Shown piece by piece: positions 49,682-63,675 of a DNA stretch of 64,000 nucleotides. Each line of letters opens with the position of its first letter. Position 1 is the first letter of the stretch. A program made the position numbers and the translations under genes. A model generated the notes under the pieces. That model ran no database searches. It was not told the origin of the DNA and saw only the letters and a list, made by a program, of their open reading frames with translations. The DNA is from Mobula hypostoma (lineage: Eukaryota): positions 108,564,001 through 108,628,000 of the forward strand of contig NC_086107.1 in assembly GCF_963921235.1 (NCBI RefSeq), given 5' to 3'.

Positions 49682-49999
49682 CGAGGGGTGATTGATAAGT
49701 TTGTGGCCTAAGGTAGAAGGAGATGAGTTATTAACTTCCAACTTTCTGCATAGTCACTCAAAGAGTTGAACTGCATGTGCATGTAATGAGAGTTGTATAA
49801 CTCATCTTCTACCTTAGGCCACGAGCTTATCAATCACCCCTGCTGTGGACACTTTCTGGAGGTCCAAGATCCGTATGCTCCACGACCGCTGGACTAAGTG
49901 TGTAAATGTAGGAGGGGACTATGTTGAAAAATAAATGTGCTAGGTTTTCTAAAATTGACTCCTTCTGCCTTAGGCCACGAGCTTATCAATCTCCCCTCA
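49682..49999 (+). mobile_element. Non-autonomous mariner element
   Basis: TA-flanked TIR cgaggggtgattgataag...; 49869-49934 encodes IRMLHDRWTKCVNVGGDYVEK*, the mariner transposase C-terminus. Confidence 0.85.
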
Positions 50000-51630
50000 T
50001 ATATTACTATGCTCTACACATTACAACAAAGGCTGTGTGTATATTAATTGACATGGATAACAGAAAACAGTCATAATCAATGGGTCATGTTCTGACGAGC
50101 ATTTGGAGACCGGTGGGATGTCACAGGCATCGTCGCTGGGAATTCATTTGGTTATCTCTTTAGCCATGTACAAAGTGCTAGAGAAACTCAACAGGTCAGG
50201 CAGCATCTATGAAGGAGAATGAGCCATCGATGTAAATGGAGAATCAATGGTGATGACTTGGATGGCGGATGCTGTAGGCAGACTTGCCAATGCTACAAAG
50301 TCAGGAAGACCAAAAAAGAAGTTGACAGATGATGCACAATGTGAGAAAATGAGAAGGAGAAATGCAGGGGCAGATTATTATTTACGCAGAGTGAGATCAC
50401 AAAATCTTACAGTACAGGGAGATCCCGGAGCAGGATAAACAAAGTGCAGCAGCTAAGTAGGAAGCCTAAATGGGTGTTACACTTATTGTGAGAGATGTGG
50501 AGTATAAAAGCAGGGGAATATTTGCAATTTCATGTAGTGTGTGCAGTTTTGGCTTACATACTGAAGGAAGGATGTAGTCACTTCACAGCCAGTGTGAAGA
50601 AGGTTCACCAGCTCATTTCCAGAGATGAAGGGATTGACCTAAAGAGTAAGTTTTTCTGGTTTGGCTGATAGTCATTGGAATTTTGAAGAATGAGAGGTGA
50701 TTTTATGGAAATTGATGATAATGGATGCTGAGAAAATGTTTCACTTCAATGAAGTATCTCGAAAAAGACTCTGGTTTCAGCCCATATTCCAAAGATGTAT
50801 GGGTTAGTAGTTTAATTGGTCACATGGGTGTAATTGGGCGGTATGGGCTTGTTGGCTCTGTTACTAGAGCTCTCTAAATCTAAATTTAAGTTTACTGTTC
50901 CTGTTCCTGAATCTTCACTACCTGAAGACGTGCAGTGCTGTACAATTCTGTACCCTTCCTTTTAAGTATTTACATTTTGTATAGATTGATTCACCTCAGT
51001 TTGTTGTGTCATGGGTCTGGAGCTTCTCTGGGACAATCTTACCCCTGTTACCTCCCCAGTGATCCAATCCAACTTGGAACTCCAAGACCCAAGAGGTTCT
51101 GCAGACGCTGAATTAATCAGAGTAATACCTACAAAATGCTGGAGGAACTCAACAAGTCAGGCAGCATCTAAGGAATGGAATAAAGAGTCGATGTTTTGGG
51201 CTGAAGCCATTCATCAGAAATCTGAGAACAATTGGGCCAACCACAAAGAAACAGGACTAAGTTTCACACAGGTGATCCAGAACAGTAAAGATAAGTATAA
51301 CACAGGAGAAAAGTACAGGAAAAAGAGATATATAGGTTTAGTATTTGTTAGGTCACATTCTGGAGTTAGGGGATAGAACAAATATCAATCTCAACAGCAA
51401 CTAACCTTCAGATCTGAATATGGATTGTAGATTAAATTTAAAATGCAGCTCAGAACAGGAAACATCCAGTTGACTGAGATGTCTGCATATGCATGAATAC
51501 AATCAACACCCTACGTCATGCATACAACTCAGAGATCTCAGTAATTAACACTTATTTTGGGTGTGTTGGTGGAAAAATCAGGCATTTGAAAAAAATTACA
51601 TATAATTCAAAAGAAGCATCATGAGAGCAT

Positions 51631-51826
51631 TGTAACTATAGAAATTGTCCTGTTACATTTGTTCTTTAGCATATAAAAATGTGCTGTAATGTCAGATCGG
51701 AGAGTCTAGTCTCTGTCTCTCTCGTGACTCCAAAGGATGCCAGCTTGTGTGTGTCCCAAATAAAGACATTTATGACTTTTATATCTATCAGCTGTGTTTC
51801 TCTAATGATTTTGTTCACAGTTACCA
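51631..51826 (+). mobile_element. Probable short solo LTR
   Basis: tgtaact...agttacca terminal inverted repeats, TATAAAA and AATAAA inside; TSD unclear. Confidence 0.45.
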
Positions 51827-54007
51827 TATCAGAATTCCAAGAACAATTGGGCCAACCCCAAAAAGATGGGACTCGATATTCACACAGGTGATCCAGAACA
51901 ACAAAGAAAAGCATAACACAGGGGAGAAAAACAAGAAAAAGAGATGTATAGGTTTAGCATTCAGTGTAAAATAAATAGTACTTAATCAGAGGATGTGACA
52001 CAGAAAAACAGGAGCTAAGCATCAGCCTGCCATGTACAATTTTTTAAACTATCATTTCTGTATAAAAGGTAGAGGCAAATTTGCTACTTCAAACTGTCAG
52101 GATCTGTGGAAAATGTCAAGTGAAATCAGCAACAGAAACACTTGGAGCTGCAGGTAATTTACAAGTCACGTAGGAGAGACAGATCTAAATTGAAACAAAG
52201 CATGAAGTGGCAAAACGCCCGAGCATTTCTCTGATGCGGACTGAACTGTGGGAGCAAGATGCAAATGTGCTCCCTTATCTCCCAGTTCAGCCGAATTCAA
52301 ATGTGACCTTCTGTGTTGAACAGGAGGGAAGCACTCCAGCTTTGGAACGACCTGTGCTGGCAGACAGAATTATACACTTTGGAAATAGTGAGATGAGGCT
52401 TTATCGAGGCACACAGAGTCAGGGAGTCGATTCCTATTGGAGGCTCGTCAGAGAGAGTAATATCAGCCCTGGTGAGGAGAGTTCCTTTCTCTCTTTCTTT
52501 TAATCCATTGAGAGTGCACTTAAGTTAGGAAGAGTAATGTGATACTCTTTGTGTTTGCCTCATTCTTCTTTGATCAGCCTGGCTCAGTGGGCTTAAATTT
52601 AACTATGTGGGAGTTGGCTAAAAGAAGTTGGAGAAGTTGTTGAAATATGGTCTTCCTGTTCTCAATGTCCACTCACACCTGCTGTATTATCCTCTGCAAC
52701 ACAAGAGAATTTCAAGTTCTTAGGTATCAATATCTCTGAGGATCTATTTTGGGACCAACATATTGATGTAGCTACAAAGAAGGCAGGATAGCAGCTATAT
52801 TTCATTAGGAGTTTCAGGAGATTTGGTATGTCACCAAAGATACTCGCAAGTTTCTATAGGTGTACTGTGGAGAGCATTCTAACTGGTTGTGTGACAGTCT
52901 GGTATAGTGGTGGGGGGGGGGCTACTGAATAGGATTGAAGTAAACTGCAGAGAGTTGTAAACTTAGCTCCATCACGGGCATAAGCCTCCATAGTATCCAG
53001 GACACCTTCGAAGAGCAATGCTTCAGAAAGATAGCAACCATCATTGAGGACACTACCCCCCCAACCCCTATTACCCAGGACATGCCTTGTTCTCAATGCT
53101 ACCGTCAGGTAGGGGGTACAGGAGCCTGAAGGCACACACTCAATGATTCAGGAACAGCTTCCTCCCCTCTACCATCGATTTCTGAATGGACATTGAACCC
53201 ATGAATACCACCTCACTACTTTTTAATTTCTATTTCTGCCCTACTTAATTAATTCAACTACTTTATATATATATATATTTACTGTAATTCATGTTTTTCT
53301 CTATTATTATGTGTTCCATTGTACTGCTGACACAAAGACATCACATTTTATGACATATGCCAGTGATATTAAACCTGATTCTTGCCAAACAATTGATACT
53401 AGAACGTACAGTCATCAAAGCGATATTTGATTCTGCGCTTCCCGCTCCCTGGATTACAAATCGATATAGGATAGTGTAGGAGGAAGTTTGCTCGGGAGAG
53501 CACGTGCAGAGTTGCCAGTTACCGGCGCCATCTGATCCTATTAGCATGAATTGCCTTCCACCTCGGCCTGGATTTGTGACGTCTCGCAGGACAATGTAGC
53601 CCAGGTTTCTCTCCCTCCCCCCACCCTGCCCCACCCAGAGGAGTGTTGTGCAGAAATTACATCAACCCATCCCATGCACGACTTGAGGTGATAAGTTGCA
53701 CCACAACCACAAGCCTGATTTGTGTCCAGAAGTGTGCATTTGAGTTCCTGCAGTGGTGCAAAACAGACCCACGATGGTTACTACCCCACTTTACTCCAGG
53801 GCAAAGATAAATTTCAGTTCCAAGGACAGAAAAAGGCAGCTTTATGCAATTTTGTGTGTGGGAGGGAGGAAGGGGCTTGTTTTGCTGTTTGTTGTGTTCC
53901 GTGTGTATGTGGGGGGGAGGTGTGGGGTTGTCACAGCATCGAAATAAACTGTCAAATGTTGTGAACTCAGTCAGCTCCAACATGGGCCCTAGCCTCCGTA
54001 GTATCTG

Positions 54008-54698
54008 TAGAGGAGAGGAGAAGAAGGCAGCGTGACACAGCTCGCAGCGGCCACTCCGGTGGTGATGTCTGTTATCTGTCAAGTAGGGTGCCGTGCACAA
54101 TTCTGATTTGATGGAGACGGACGTGAGAGCACGGAGGAACATCTGGTGAAACTTCTGAAATGCCTGCTTCACTGCCGCTGCTACTGTGTAGTCCGGAATC
54201 TCCGGAGGGGAAGGCCCCGAATCCTCGGCTTTGCTTGTTGCTCGGTGGCCGGGGCCGGGGTCGAAGCGCTCAGCAGAGGATGGTGCTCAGTGTCGGAGGG
54301 CTGGTCGGAGGCTCGAAGTTTTCGGACGGACTCAGAGTCGGCTGTGGTCGGGTGCTTTCAGGGTGCTGCATCGGCAAGTTTGCGGCGCTGGAGGTTCATG
54401 TCAGGGAGAGTTTCTCCCTTCAACTGTCTGCGTGAGATGATATAGCTATCGGGACTTTGAGACTTTTTTTTACCGTGCCCATGGTCTGCTCTTTATCAAA
54501 TTACGATATTGCTTTGCACTGTTGTAACTATATGTTATAATTATGTGGTTTTTATCAGTTTTAGTCTTGGTTTGTCCTGTGTTTCTGTGATATCATACTG
54601 GAGGAACATTGTATCATTTCTTAATGCATGCATTTCTAAATGACAATAAATGAGGACTGAGTGTCCTCATAATCCAATCTAATCTAATCTAATCTAAT
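54008..54698 (+). mobile_element. Third copy of the (TAATC)-tailed non-autonomous element, inside a Rex1-like fragment
   Basis: Aligns with 11101; host reads continuously across it (gtagtatc...caggacatcttc). Confidence 0.8.
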
Positions 54699-54911
54699 CC
54701 AGGACATCTTCAAGGGGTGATGCCTCAAAAAAGTAGCATCCATTATTAATGACCCCCAGCACCCTGGACATGCCTTGTTCTCATTGCTACCATCAGCGAG
54801 GAGGTACAGGAGCCTGAAGACACACTCTCAACAATTCAGGAACAGCTTCTTCCCCTCTGCCACTTGATTTCTGAATGGAACATTGAACCCATGAACACTA
54901 CCTCACTACTA

Positions 54912-55962
54912 CTTTTGCCAGGTGGATTCAGAATTGGCTTGCCTGCAGAAGGCAGAGGGAGTACATTCAGATTGGAGGATTGTGATTAGTGGTATCCCAC
55001 AAGGATCTGTTCTGGGACCTCTACTTTATTAACGACCTGGATGTGGGGGGTAGAAGGATGGGTTGGCATGTTTGCAGACGACACAAAGGTTGGTGGTGTT
55101 GTGGATAGTGTAGAGGATTGTTGAAGTTTGCAGAGAGACATTGATAGGATGCAGAAGTGGGCTGAGAAGTGGCAGATGGAGTTCAACCCGGTGAAGTGTG
55201 AGGTGGTACACTTTGGAAGGACAAACTCCAAGGCAGAGTACAAAGTAAATGGCAGGATACTTGGTAGTGTGGAGGAGCAGAGGGATCTGGGGGTACATGT
55301 CCACAGATCCCTGAAAGTTGCCTCACAGGTAGATAGGGTAGTTAAGGAAGCTTATGGGGTGTTAGCTTTCATAAGTCGAGGGATAGAGTTTAAGAGTCGC
55401 GATGTAACGATGCAGCTCTATAAAACTCTGGTTAGGCCACACTTGAGTACTGTGTCCAGTTCTGGTCGCCTCACTATAGGAAGGATGTGGAAGTATTGGA
55501 AAGGGTACAGAGGAGATTTACCAGGATGCTGCCTGGTTTAGAGAGTATGGATTATGATCAGAGATTAAGGGAGCTAGGACTTTACTCTTTGGAGAGAAGG
55601 AGGATGAGAGGAGACATGATAGAGGTGTACAAGATAATAAGAGGATTAGATAGAGTGGATAGCCAGCGCCTCTTCCCCAGGGCCCCACTGCTCAATACAA
55701 GAGGACATGACTTTAAGGTAAGGGGTGGGAAGTTCAAAGGGGATATTAGAGGAAGGTTTTTCACTCAGAGAGTGGTTGGTGCGTGGAATGCACTGCCTGA
55801 GTCAGTGGTGGAGGCAGATACACTAGTGAAGTTTAAGAGACTACTAGACAGGTATATGGAGGAATTTAAGGTGGGGGGTTATATGGGAGGCAGAGTTTAA
55901 GGGTCGGCACAACATTGTGGGCCGAAGGGCCTGTACTGTGCTGTACTATTCTATGTCTATGT
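54912..55962 (+). mobile_element. Young CR1/HER1-like LINE, about 1 kb 3' fragment with RT C-terminus
   Basis: SGIPQGSVLGP, FADDTK, WAEKWQMEFNPVKC, LYKTLVRPHL, LERVQRRFTRML, FFTQRVVGAWNALP; few frameshifts. Confidence 0.9.
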
Positions 55963-56409
55963 CCACTACTTATTTAACTATGATACATATCCTTACTGCA
56001 ATTCACAGTTATGTATTGCAACGCACGGCTGCCACATATCAACAAATTTCCCGACATATGCCAGTGATATCAAACCTCATTCTGATTCTGATACTGCTCT
56101 GCTAAGCATTGTGGGAACGCGCTGTTGGCACCGGGATGCATGGTGACACTTATGGGCTGCCCCCAGTACATCCTTATGTTGTGTTGGCTGTGATGCAAGC
56201 AAGGCATTTCACCGCATGTTTCCATGTACATGTGATTAATAAATCTGAATAAGACTCTGGATCACTCCAAAATATTTCCTTGGTATAAACGGCTTCACTT
56301 GCTGAGGAATTTCAAACCGACCTCAACATTGTGCCCTACTTTTGATCTTATGACCTTATAAGGATTGTCATTGGTGAGGTATTTGTGGGTGGTTGTGTCC
56401 AGGACACGG

Positions 56410-57035
56410 CCCATAAAGCCATACGACAAAGGAGCAGAATTGGCCATTTGGCCCATTGAGTATTCTCCACCATTTCGTCATGGTTGATCCATTTTACCTC
56501 TCAGCCCCAATCTCCTGTCTTCTCCCCACATCCCTTCATGCCCTGAAGAATCTATCAACCTCTGCTTTAACTATGCTCAATGACTTGGCCTCCATAGCAA
56601 CCTGTGGCAATGAATTCAACAGATTCACCACTCTCGAGCTAAAGGAATTCTTCCTCATCTCTGATCTAAAAGGATGCCCCTCTCTTCTGAGGCTGCATCC
56701 TCTGGTCCTAGACTCAACAACCATAGGAAACGTGTTCTCCACATCCACTCTATCGCGGCCTTTCGACATCCAATAGGTTTCATTGAGGTACCATTCATTC
56801 TTCTGAATTCCAGTGAGTACAAGGCCAGAGCCAACAAATGCTCCTCATATAACAAGCCTTTCAATCCTGGAATGATTTTCATGAACATCCTTTGAACCTT
56901 CTCCAGTTTCAGCACATCCTTTCTTAGATAAGGGACCCAAAACTGTTCACAACACTCCAAGTGAGGCCTTACCAGTGTCTTATAAAGCCTCAACATAACA
57001 TCCTTGCTTCTATATTCTAGTCCTCTCGAAATGAA
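56410..57035 (-). mobile_element. CR1-like 3' fragment
   Basis: MLRLYKTLVRPHLECCEQFW...RVVNLLNSLP motifs. Confidence 0.85.
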
Positions 57036-58814
57036 TGGAGGAACTCCTATCCTGAGGAACTCCTACAGTAATGTCCCAGGACTAGGATGATTCATGGCCA
57101 ATAATCACAAGCATCTTTCTTTACATGAGATATGACTCCAGCCATTGGGGTATCTTTCCTTTGATGTTTGGTGACTCCAACTTTCCAGGATCCTTGATGT
57201 CAACTCAGTCAAATAACGTCTTGATGTCAAGTGTAGTCACTTTCATCTCATCTCTGAATTCAGCTCTGCTGTCTGTGTTTAGATCCAGGCTGTGGTAATA
57301 ACACAGATGGCTATTTTGGCCCATCAAGCTGATGCTATGTCACAGTGCAATCCCATTTATACTAAGCCCCTACCAAGTTTTCCTGGAATCCATTCTCCCC
57401 ACATCTGCACCAACTCTACCCTGCTATAAATTCATCAAGTGATAGATACAGCATGGAAACAGGTTCTTCAGCCCATCTAGCCCATGCTGGCGATCAATTT
57501 TATCCAAATCCTACCCCAACCCCTTTTACTCTCCTTATTTTTCCATCACTTTCCTCTGCACTCACCAGAGATCATTTACAGTAGCCATTTAACTCACCAA
57601 CCGGCACATTTTTAGAGGAAACCTTGGAGGGAATAGGGGAGAAAATGCCACACCGATAGCACTAGAGGTCAGTATTGAGCCTGGCACCCTGGGTTTATGC
57701 GGCACTGTCTCTACCAGTTGCACCACAGTGCCACCCTGTGAGTGCCCTGGATGAGAAACGGCTCTGTTGAAGGAGACTGAGATTCTGGCATTGCAGGTTT
57801 GAAGATTCGAACATGGAGGTTTGACCAGTACCTGGAGTTAAAGTTTGGTGTCGACCACCTCCTTGGGCCGAAGGTCTTCTACCATTAAAGAACAATTCCA
57901 ATTGTATTCATGTGCGGTCAATAAACTGACAGCTCCTCTTACCCTTCATGAACAGTTCGTTGGACATGTAACATGTTGTATGAAGTAGGTGATCATGGTC
58001 TTTCCATGACTATAACTGTTCTTTGCAAATTTTTCTACAGAAGTGGTGGCTTGTCATTGCCATCTCCTGGGCAGTGTCTTTACAAGACGGGTGACCCCCA
58101 GCCATTATCAGTACTCTTCAAAGATTACCTGCTTGGATGAAAGGTCAGTGGTCAGTGGTTGCATAACCAGCTGCTCGTAGGACCATCCACCACCAGCTCC
58201 CACGGCTTCACGTGACCCTGACCTGGGTGCTAAGCATGTGCCACACCTTGCCCAAGGAGGGAAGGAACACCTAGCACCTCCTTTGGTAGAGACGTATCTC
58301 CACCCATAAGAACAGTACATCCGAATGATAGGAGGCATAGATAGAGTGGACAGCCAGTACATCTTTTCCAAGGGCACAGATAACAAAATCAAAGGGGCAT
58401 AGGGTGAATGGAGGAAGGTATAGGGAGGATGTCAGAGGTTGGGTTTTATACGCAGAGCGTGAGTGCATGGAACGCCCTGCTAGGGTTGGTGGTAGAGGCG
58501 GAGACATTAGGGAGATTTAAGAGACTCTTAGATAAATACATGGATGAAATATAAGAGCAGGGCTATATGGAAGGGGAGGGTTAGATTTGATATTGGAGTA
58601 GGTTAAAAGGTCAGCACAACATTGTGGTCTGAAGGGCCTGTACTATGCTGTACTGTTCTATATTCTATATTCCATGAATACCTTCCACACTCTGAATATA
58701 CCGATGATAAATATGGTTCCAGACAGCTCAGTTCAATAACTCTGAGTATCTCATGCCCACTTAACCATCAACATGGCTCCGCAATGTGACAAATCACCAA
58801 AGGTTCAGGTACAG

Positions 58815-59350
58815 GAGGCCTCCCCTCCTGGCGATGAGGCCACACTCAGGTTGGAGAAGCAACATCTCACATTCCATCTGGGTCGCCCCCCCACAACCTG
58901 ATGGCATGAATATCGATTTCTTGAACTTCTGGTAATTGTGCTCCACCCCCATCACCATTCCCCATTCTTGTTTACCCCTCACACCTTCTCTTCTTACCCG
59001 CCTATCACCCAGTCTCTGGTGCTCCTCCCCCTTCCCTTTCTTCCATGGTCTTCTGTCCTCTCCTATCAGATTCCACCTTCTCCAGACCTTTATCTCTTCC
59101 ACCAATCAACTTCCCAGCTTTTTACGGCACGCCTCCCCCTCTCCCGGTTTCACCTATCACCTGCTACCTTGTACTTCTTCCTCCCCTCCCCCGACCTTCT
59201 AATTCTGACTTCTTCCCCCTTCCTTTCCAGTCCTGATGAAAGATCTCGGCCCGAAAGGTCGACTGTTTATTCCCATCCATAGATGCTGCCTGACCTGCTG
59301 AGCTCCTCCAGCACGTTGTGTGTATTGCTGTAGATTTCCAGCATCTACAC
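58815..59350 (+). mobile_element. Penelope-like (Neptune-type) 3' fragment: GIY-YIG end, 3' UTR, hammerhead, tail
   Basis: DEATLRLEKQHLTFHLG..QPDGMNIDF; hammerhead at 59228-59265. Confidence 0.85.
59228..59265 (+). ncRNA. Minimal hammerhead motif with weakened stems II and III
   Basis: cagtc-CTGATGA-aagatctcggccc-GAAA-ggTC-gactg; 5-bp stem I. Confidence 0.55.
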
Positions 59351-62300
59351 ACCCCCTTGTGTCCGGCACAGGAAGAGTTAACCTCCAATTTGAGTCTATC
59401 TCTGGGGCAGAAAATTTCATAGATTCTCCTGGAGAGAAGAAATTCTTGCTTGCTTCCATTTGTAAAGGGCTGTCCCTTATCCCAAAACTACCAGGCTTCT
59501 TCGAGATACCTGGAAGGTTGAGGCAAGGGCACTGGAGGTGGTGGTGGTGTTGGTAGTGGAATGGCAGGACATTAGGCAGAGGGACAGACACTGTTCAAGG
59601 CACTGCAACAAAGCCTCAACTTAACTGAACCTGCTAAAGGTTACAGCATCAGAGCTCCCATAGAGCTGGGAATCAAAAATAGAATGCCTGAGCAAATCAT
59701 GTGGGGGTGGATCATATCACATCCATTAAATATCACTCTAAATTTATTAAAGAGGGACTGTCACCAAGTTCCAATTGGAAGAGCAAAGTGTTCCTTCTCC
59801 CAATTGAAACCAGGTGCTAGTTCAGTCACCGCATGTCACAATGACATCACTCTGTCTTACGCCAATAAACAGAACTTGTTAAAAATAACCTGACCAAAAT
59901 TAAAAATCTACAGAATTCATTTGACCTCTGCAAGGAAGCATGAGCACATTTTCCATTTTTTAAAAATTTCCATAAGTTTACATAAAAGAGCTGGATTTAT
60001 TTTTATAGAAGAGACTGTTACTCAACAACATTCTGAATTTGGAAAAGTGTGGACTGATTAGGAAAGCCAGCCGGCTTTGTGAGGGGGAGGTCTTGTCTCG
60101 CAAATTTGTTAGTGCTTTTTGAGGAAGATGATTGAGGGTAGGGCATGAGATGCTGTCCTCATGGACTTCACAACAGATCCTCGTGGTGAGCTGTTCCAGA
60201 AGATTGCAGACACAGCATACCCCGCAAACCACCTTTTCCAAAAGCTCCCTTCTCGAAAACGCAATAGCGTTATTGATATAAAAGAGTTCCCGACCGCCCC
60301 CCCACCCCCAACCAGCCCAGGCAGTTAATATGAACAACCATTCTCGTTAGCTCCCCCAGTGAGAGGGAAGTGGAAAGATGTGGACTTTGTGTGAGCAGAA
60401 GAGATTAGTTTAGGTGGCCATTTGATTACTAATTTAATTGGTTCAGCACAACATTGTGGGCCGAACTATTCCTGTACTATACTGTCCTGTGTAATAAATC
60501 AAACTGACTAAACCAAGCCATGCCAAACCAAACTTTATGCTTAATGTGAGGACACTTCTTTTGTCTTCCCTGCAGTTCCTGAGGACGATTAGGATATACC
60601 TGCATTACAGGTGTAACACAGGTACAACTACAATATTCATAGTCTGCTCTCATTCCCTCACAGAGACCTCCCATTAACCACTTCCAGGCCACAGCCCAAG
60701 AGCGTCTCCAAGAACATGCCTCCTCCTTCAGGCACAGTCTTCACCAGCCCTTCCAGGTTCCTTTGAATAATCCCTCTCATCATCATTTCACTCAGTAGCA
60801 TCCCTTCCCAATAGCTGAAAGAGTGTTACTTGCCCACCGGTAGGTCTAAGATCATGTAAGATGAATAGCAGTGGAACTTCAGGGAGCCAGGAATGAATTA
60901 GGGGAATTCAACCTCAGCCCAGCTTTACATTAGGAAGTCGACAGTTGAAATGCTTTCTTTCTATGTAAGAAACATTAATCTAAAATGCCTTTGAATGTTA
61001 AAGAGTCTACAGCAATTTCAAAGTAGGAGAGGGAGTCAGTCATCCAACACTTCAAACTGGCACACTATTCATCAAGATCATAGCTTAACTACCTTGGGGC
61101 CATTTTCCAATGCTGATCTTACTATTAAACTCACTGGTTATGATTGATGTTCAATAAAATTTGGCCAAACACAACACATATCATCACACTAACAATTGGA
61201 TTTTGATGTTTAGTGTTGACCCCCATTAAAGTCTTCAGTAGCTGGGGAAATATAATCAACAGCCAGCACAGAAAAGGAATAAAAACTCGGCAGCCACTTT
61301 GTTAGATACTGTGCACCTGTTCACCAGCTCATTAATGCAAATATCTAATCAGCCAATCGCGCGGCAGCAACTCAGCGAATAAAAGCATGCAGTTATGGTC
61401 AAGAGGTTCAGTTGTTGTTGAATGTTCTCTCACTCCAACACAACAGAGGCAGCCTCACTTCAAATTTACCTAGAGATTACTCTGTATATATCGCCTGGTA
61501 CCACATAGTCATGGGTGGGTGGTGCGGTGGAGATATGGATCTACCAAAGGAGGTGTAAGGCACTCTTTCCCTGCAAGTCACCCTTGGGAAAGGTCTAGCA
61601 TCTGCTTAGCCACCCGGTCAGGGCCACGTGAAACCACGGGAGCAGGTGGTGGATATCACGAGTCCTGGTTATGCGACCACTGACGCCAGGCAGAAAATCT
61701 CTGAAGTGTATTGACAACGGCTGGAGTCACCCGTCTTGTAAAGACACTGCCAGAAGAAGGCAATGGCAAACTATTTCTGTAGAAAAATTTGACAAGAACA
61801 ATCATGATCAAAGACCACGATCACCTACATCATACGATACAGCACAGAGCGAACAAACAAAGCAAAGGCAATCTATCTTGCTCTCCACAGACTCATACAG
61901 TCAGAGAGACATACAACACAAAAAGGCCCCCTTGACCCATCTAATCTGCGCTGGATTATCATTCAACCTAATTCCATCGACTTGCACCAGGACCATAGAC
62001 CGCAATACCTCTCCCATCCATGTACTTATCCAAACTTCTCTTAAATGTTAAAATCAGACTCTCATTCACCACTTCTGCTGACAGCTTGTTCCACACTCTC
62101 ACCACCTTCCGAGTGAAGAAGATCCCCCTCATGTTCCCCTTAAACATTTCACCTTTCACCCTTAACCCTTGACCCCTTAGCTCTAGTCTTACCCAACCTC
62201 AGTGGAACAAGCCTGCTTGCGTTTACCCGGTCTATTCCCCTCATGTGGGGAATCCAATGGTGTACACTGAAGCACTTTTCATGGACAACCTCACCTAGGC

Positions 62301-62804
62301 ACGATGTGGCTGAGTGACTCAACAGCCCTTAATCCAACGTTGTCCCATGTTGTCACCTCCTCCTTTCTGACGTAGACTTCCTTTGGGAATGGTTGACATT
62401 GGATTGGGTTTGTGTTGGCAATAACTCCTGTCTGATTTGGCTCTGTTTGGGGAATTTCCCAGAGACGTGTCTCACTACAATTGGATCCAACTCAAAACTG
62501 AATCAAGGCATAATTGCCATTTTGGCTTTCACCATTGCCAGTAGTGTTAGTCCATAAAGCCCTAAGACCACTCCCATCAAGGAAGAGGCAGGATCACCAG
62601 ACTCAGAAACAATTACATCCCGTGTCATCAGGCTGATCAACACATCCACCCATTAACTCACCTCACCACACCTCCCACCGCCAATACTTCCTCATTTCCT
62701 GTCAGAGTTATCTCCTGTACAGATATTCCCGATAAAGTGTCACTTTATGTACATACATCCAGTCTAAATACATAAGCATGTATCAGTTAAGTTAATCAGT
62801 CTGA

Positions 62805-63675
62805 GTAACTTTGAGTCCCATTCCCATTCCAACACGTCGGTTCACGGTCTCCTCTTGTGCCAAGATGAAGCCACCCCCGGGTTGGAGGAGCAACACCTTA
62901 TTATCCATCTGGGTAGCCTCCAACCCGATGCCATAAATATCGATTTCTCCTTTGAGTAAAAAGAATTCCCTCCCCCCTCCCCTCTTCTATTCCCCATTCT
63001 GAGAATCTTATCTCTTTTCACCTGCCTATCACCTTCCCCTGGATCCCCTCCTCATTCCCTTTCCCTTATGATCCACTGCCCCCCTCCTATCATATTCTTT
63101 CTTCTTTCCTACTCACCTGGCTTCACCCATCACCTGTCTTCCTTCTCCTGCGCGTCCCCCCCCCCCCGCCACACCTTTTTATTCTGGCCTTTCCTTTCCA
63201 GTCCTGAAAAAGTGTCTCAGGCTGAAATGTCAACTGTTTATTCATTTCCATAGATGCTGCCTGACCTGCTGAGCAATGTTCCCTCTGAGGTGTGCGTGTG
63301 CGCACCTTTTGCTACTAGCGCACAAAGGAACTTAAGCTCCGCACAAAAGGTTGTCAGCCTCTACCTCGTTGGCACGTTGAGTATACTTCACGATCGTACA
63401 CAATCACATTTCCTGTTCCAGTCTCTGATGCGGACGGTGTTGACAGCGTGGAGTTTGTGATGATTTGTCTGCAGATTTTTAGAACCGGCTTACTTATACT
63501 GCTTTTATAAGAAATGATTCAGAGCGCACATGTTGTTACTGGGCAAAAAAATTGCACAGCACAAGATTTTTGTGCACACTGGTCATTACAAATTAGAGGG
63601 AACATTGCTGCTGAGTTTTTCCAGCATTTTGTGGGTGTTGCTCTGGTTTTCCAGCATATGCAGAATTTCTTGAGT
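62805..63675 (+). mobile_element. Penelope-like 3' fragment split by a hAT MITE
   Basis: SVHGLLLCQDEATPGLEEQHLIIHLGSLQPDAINIDF; decayed hammerhead near 63199-63236. Confidence 0.8.
63274..63607. mobile_element. hAT (Tip100-like) MITE
   Basis: TIRs caatgttccctct/agagggaacattg; perfect 8-bp TSD ctgctgag (63266-63273 and 63608-63615). Confidence 0.9.

Noticed and set aside
55128..55900. Functional reverse transcriptase gene
   Set aside because: 5'-truncated, frameshifted CR1 fragment
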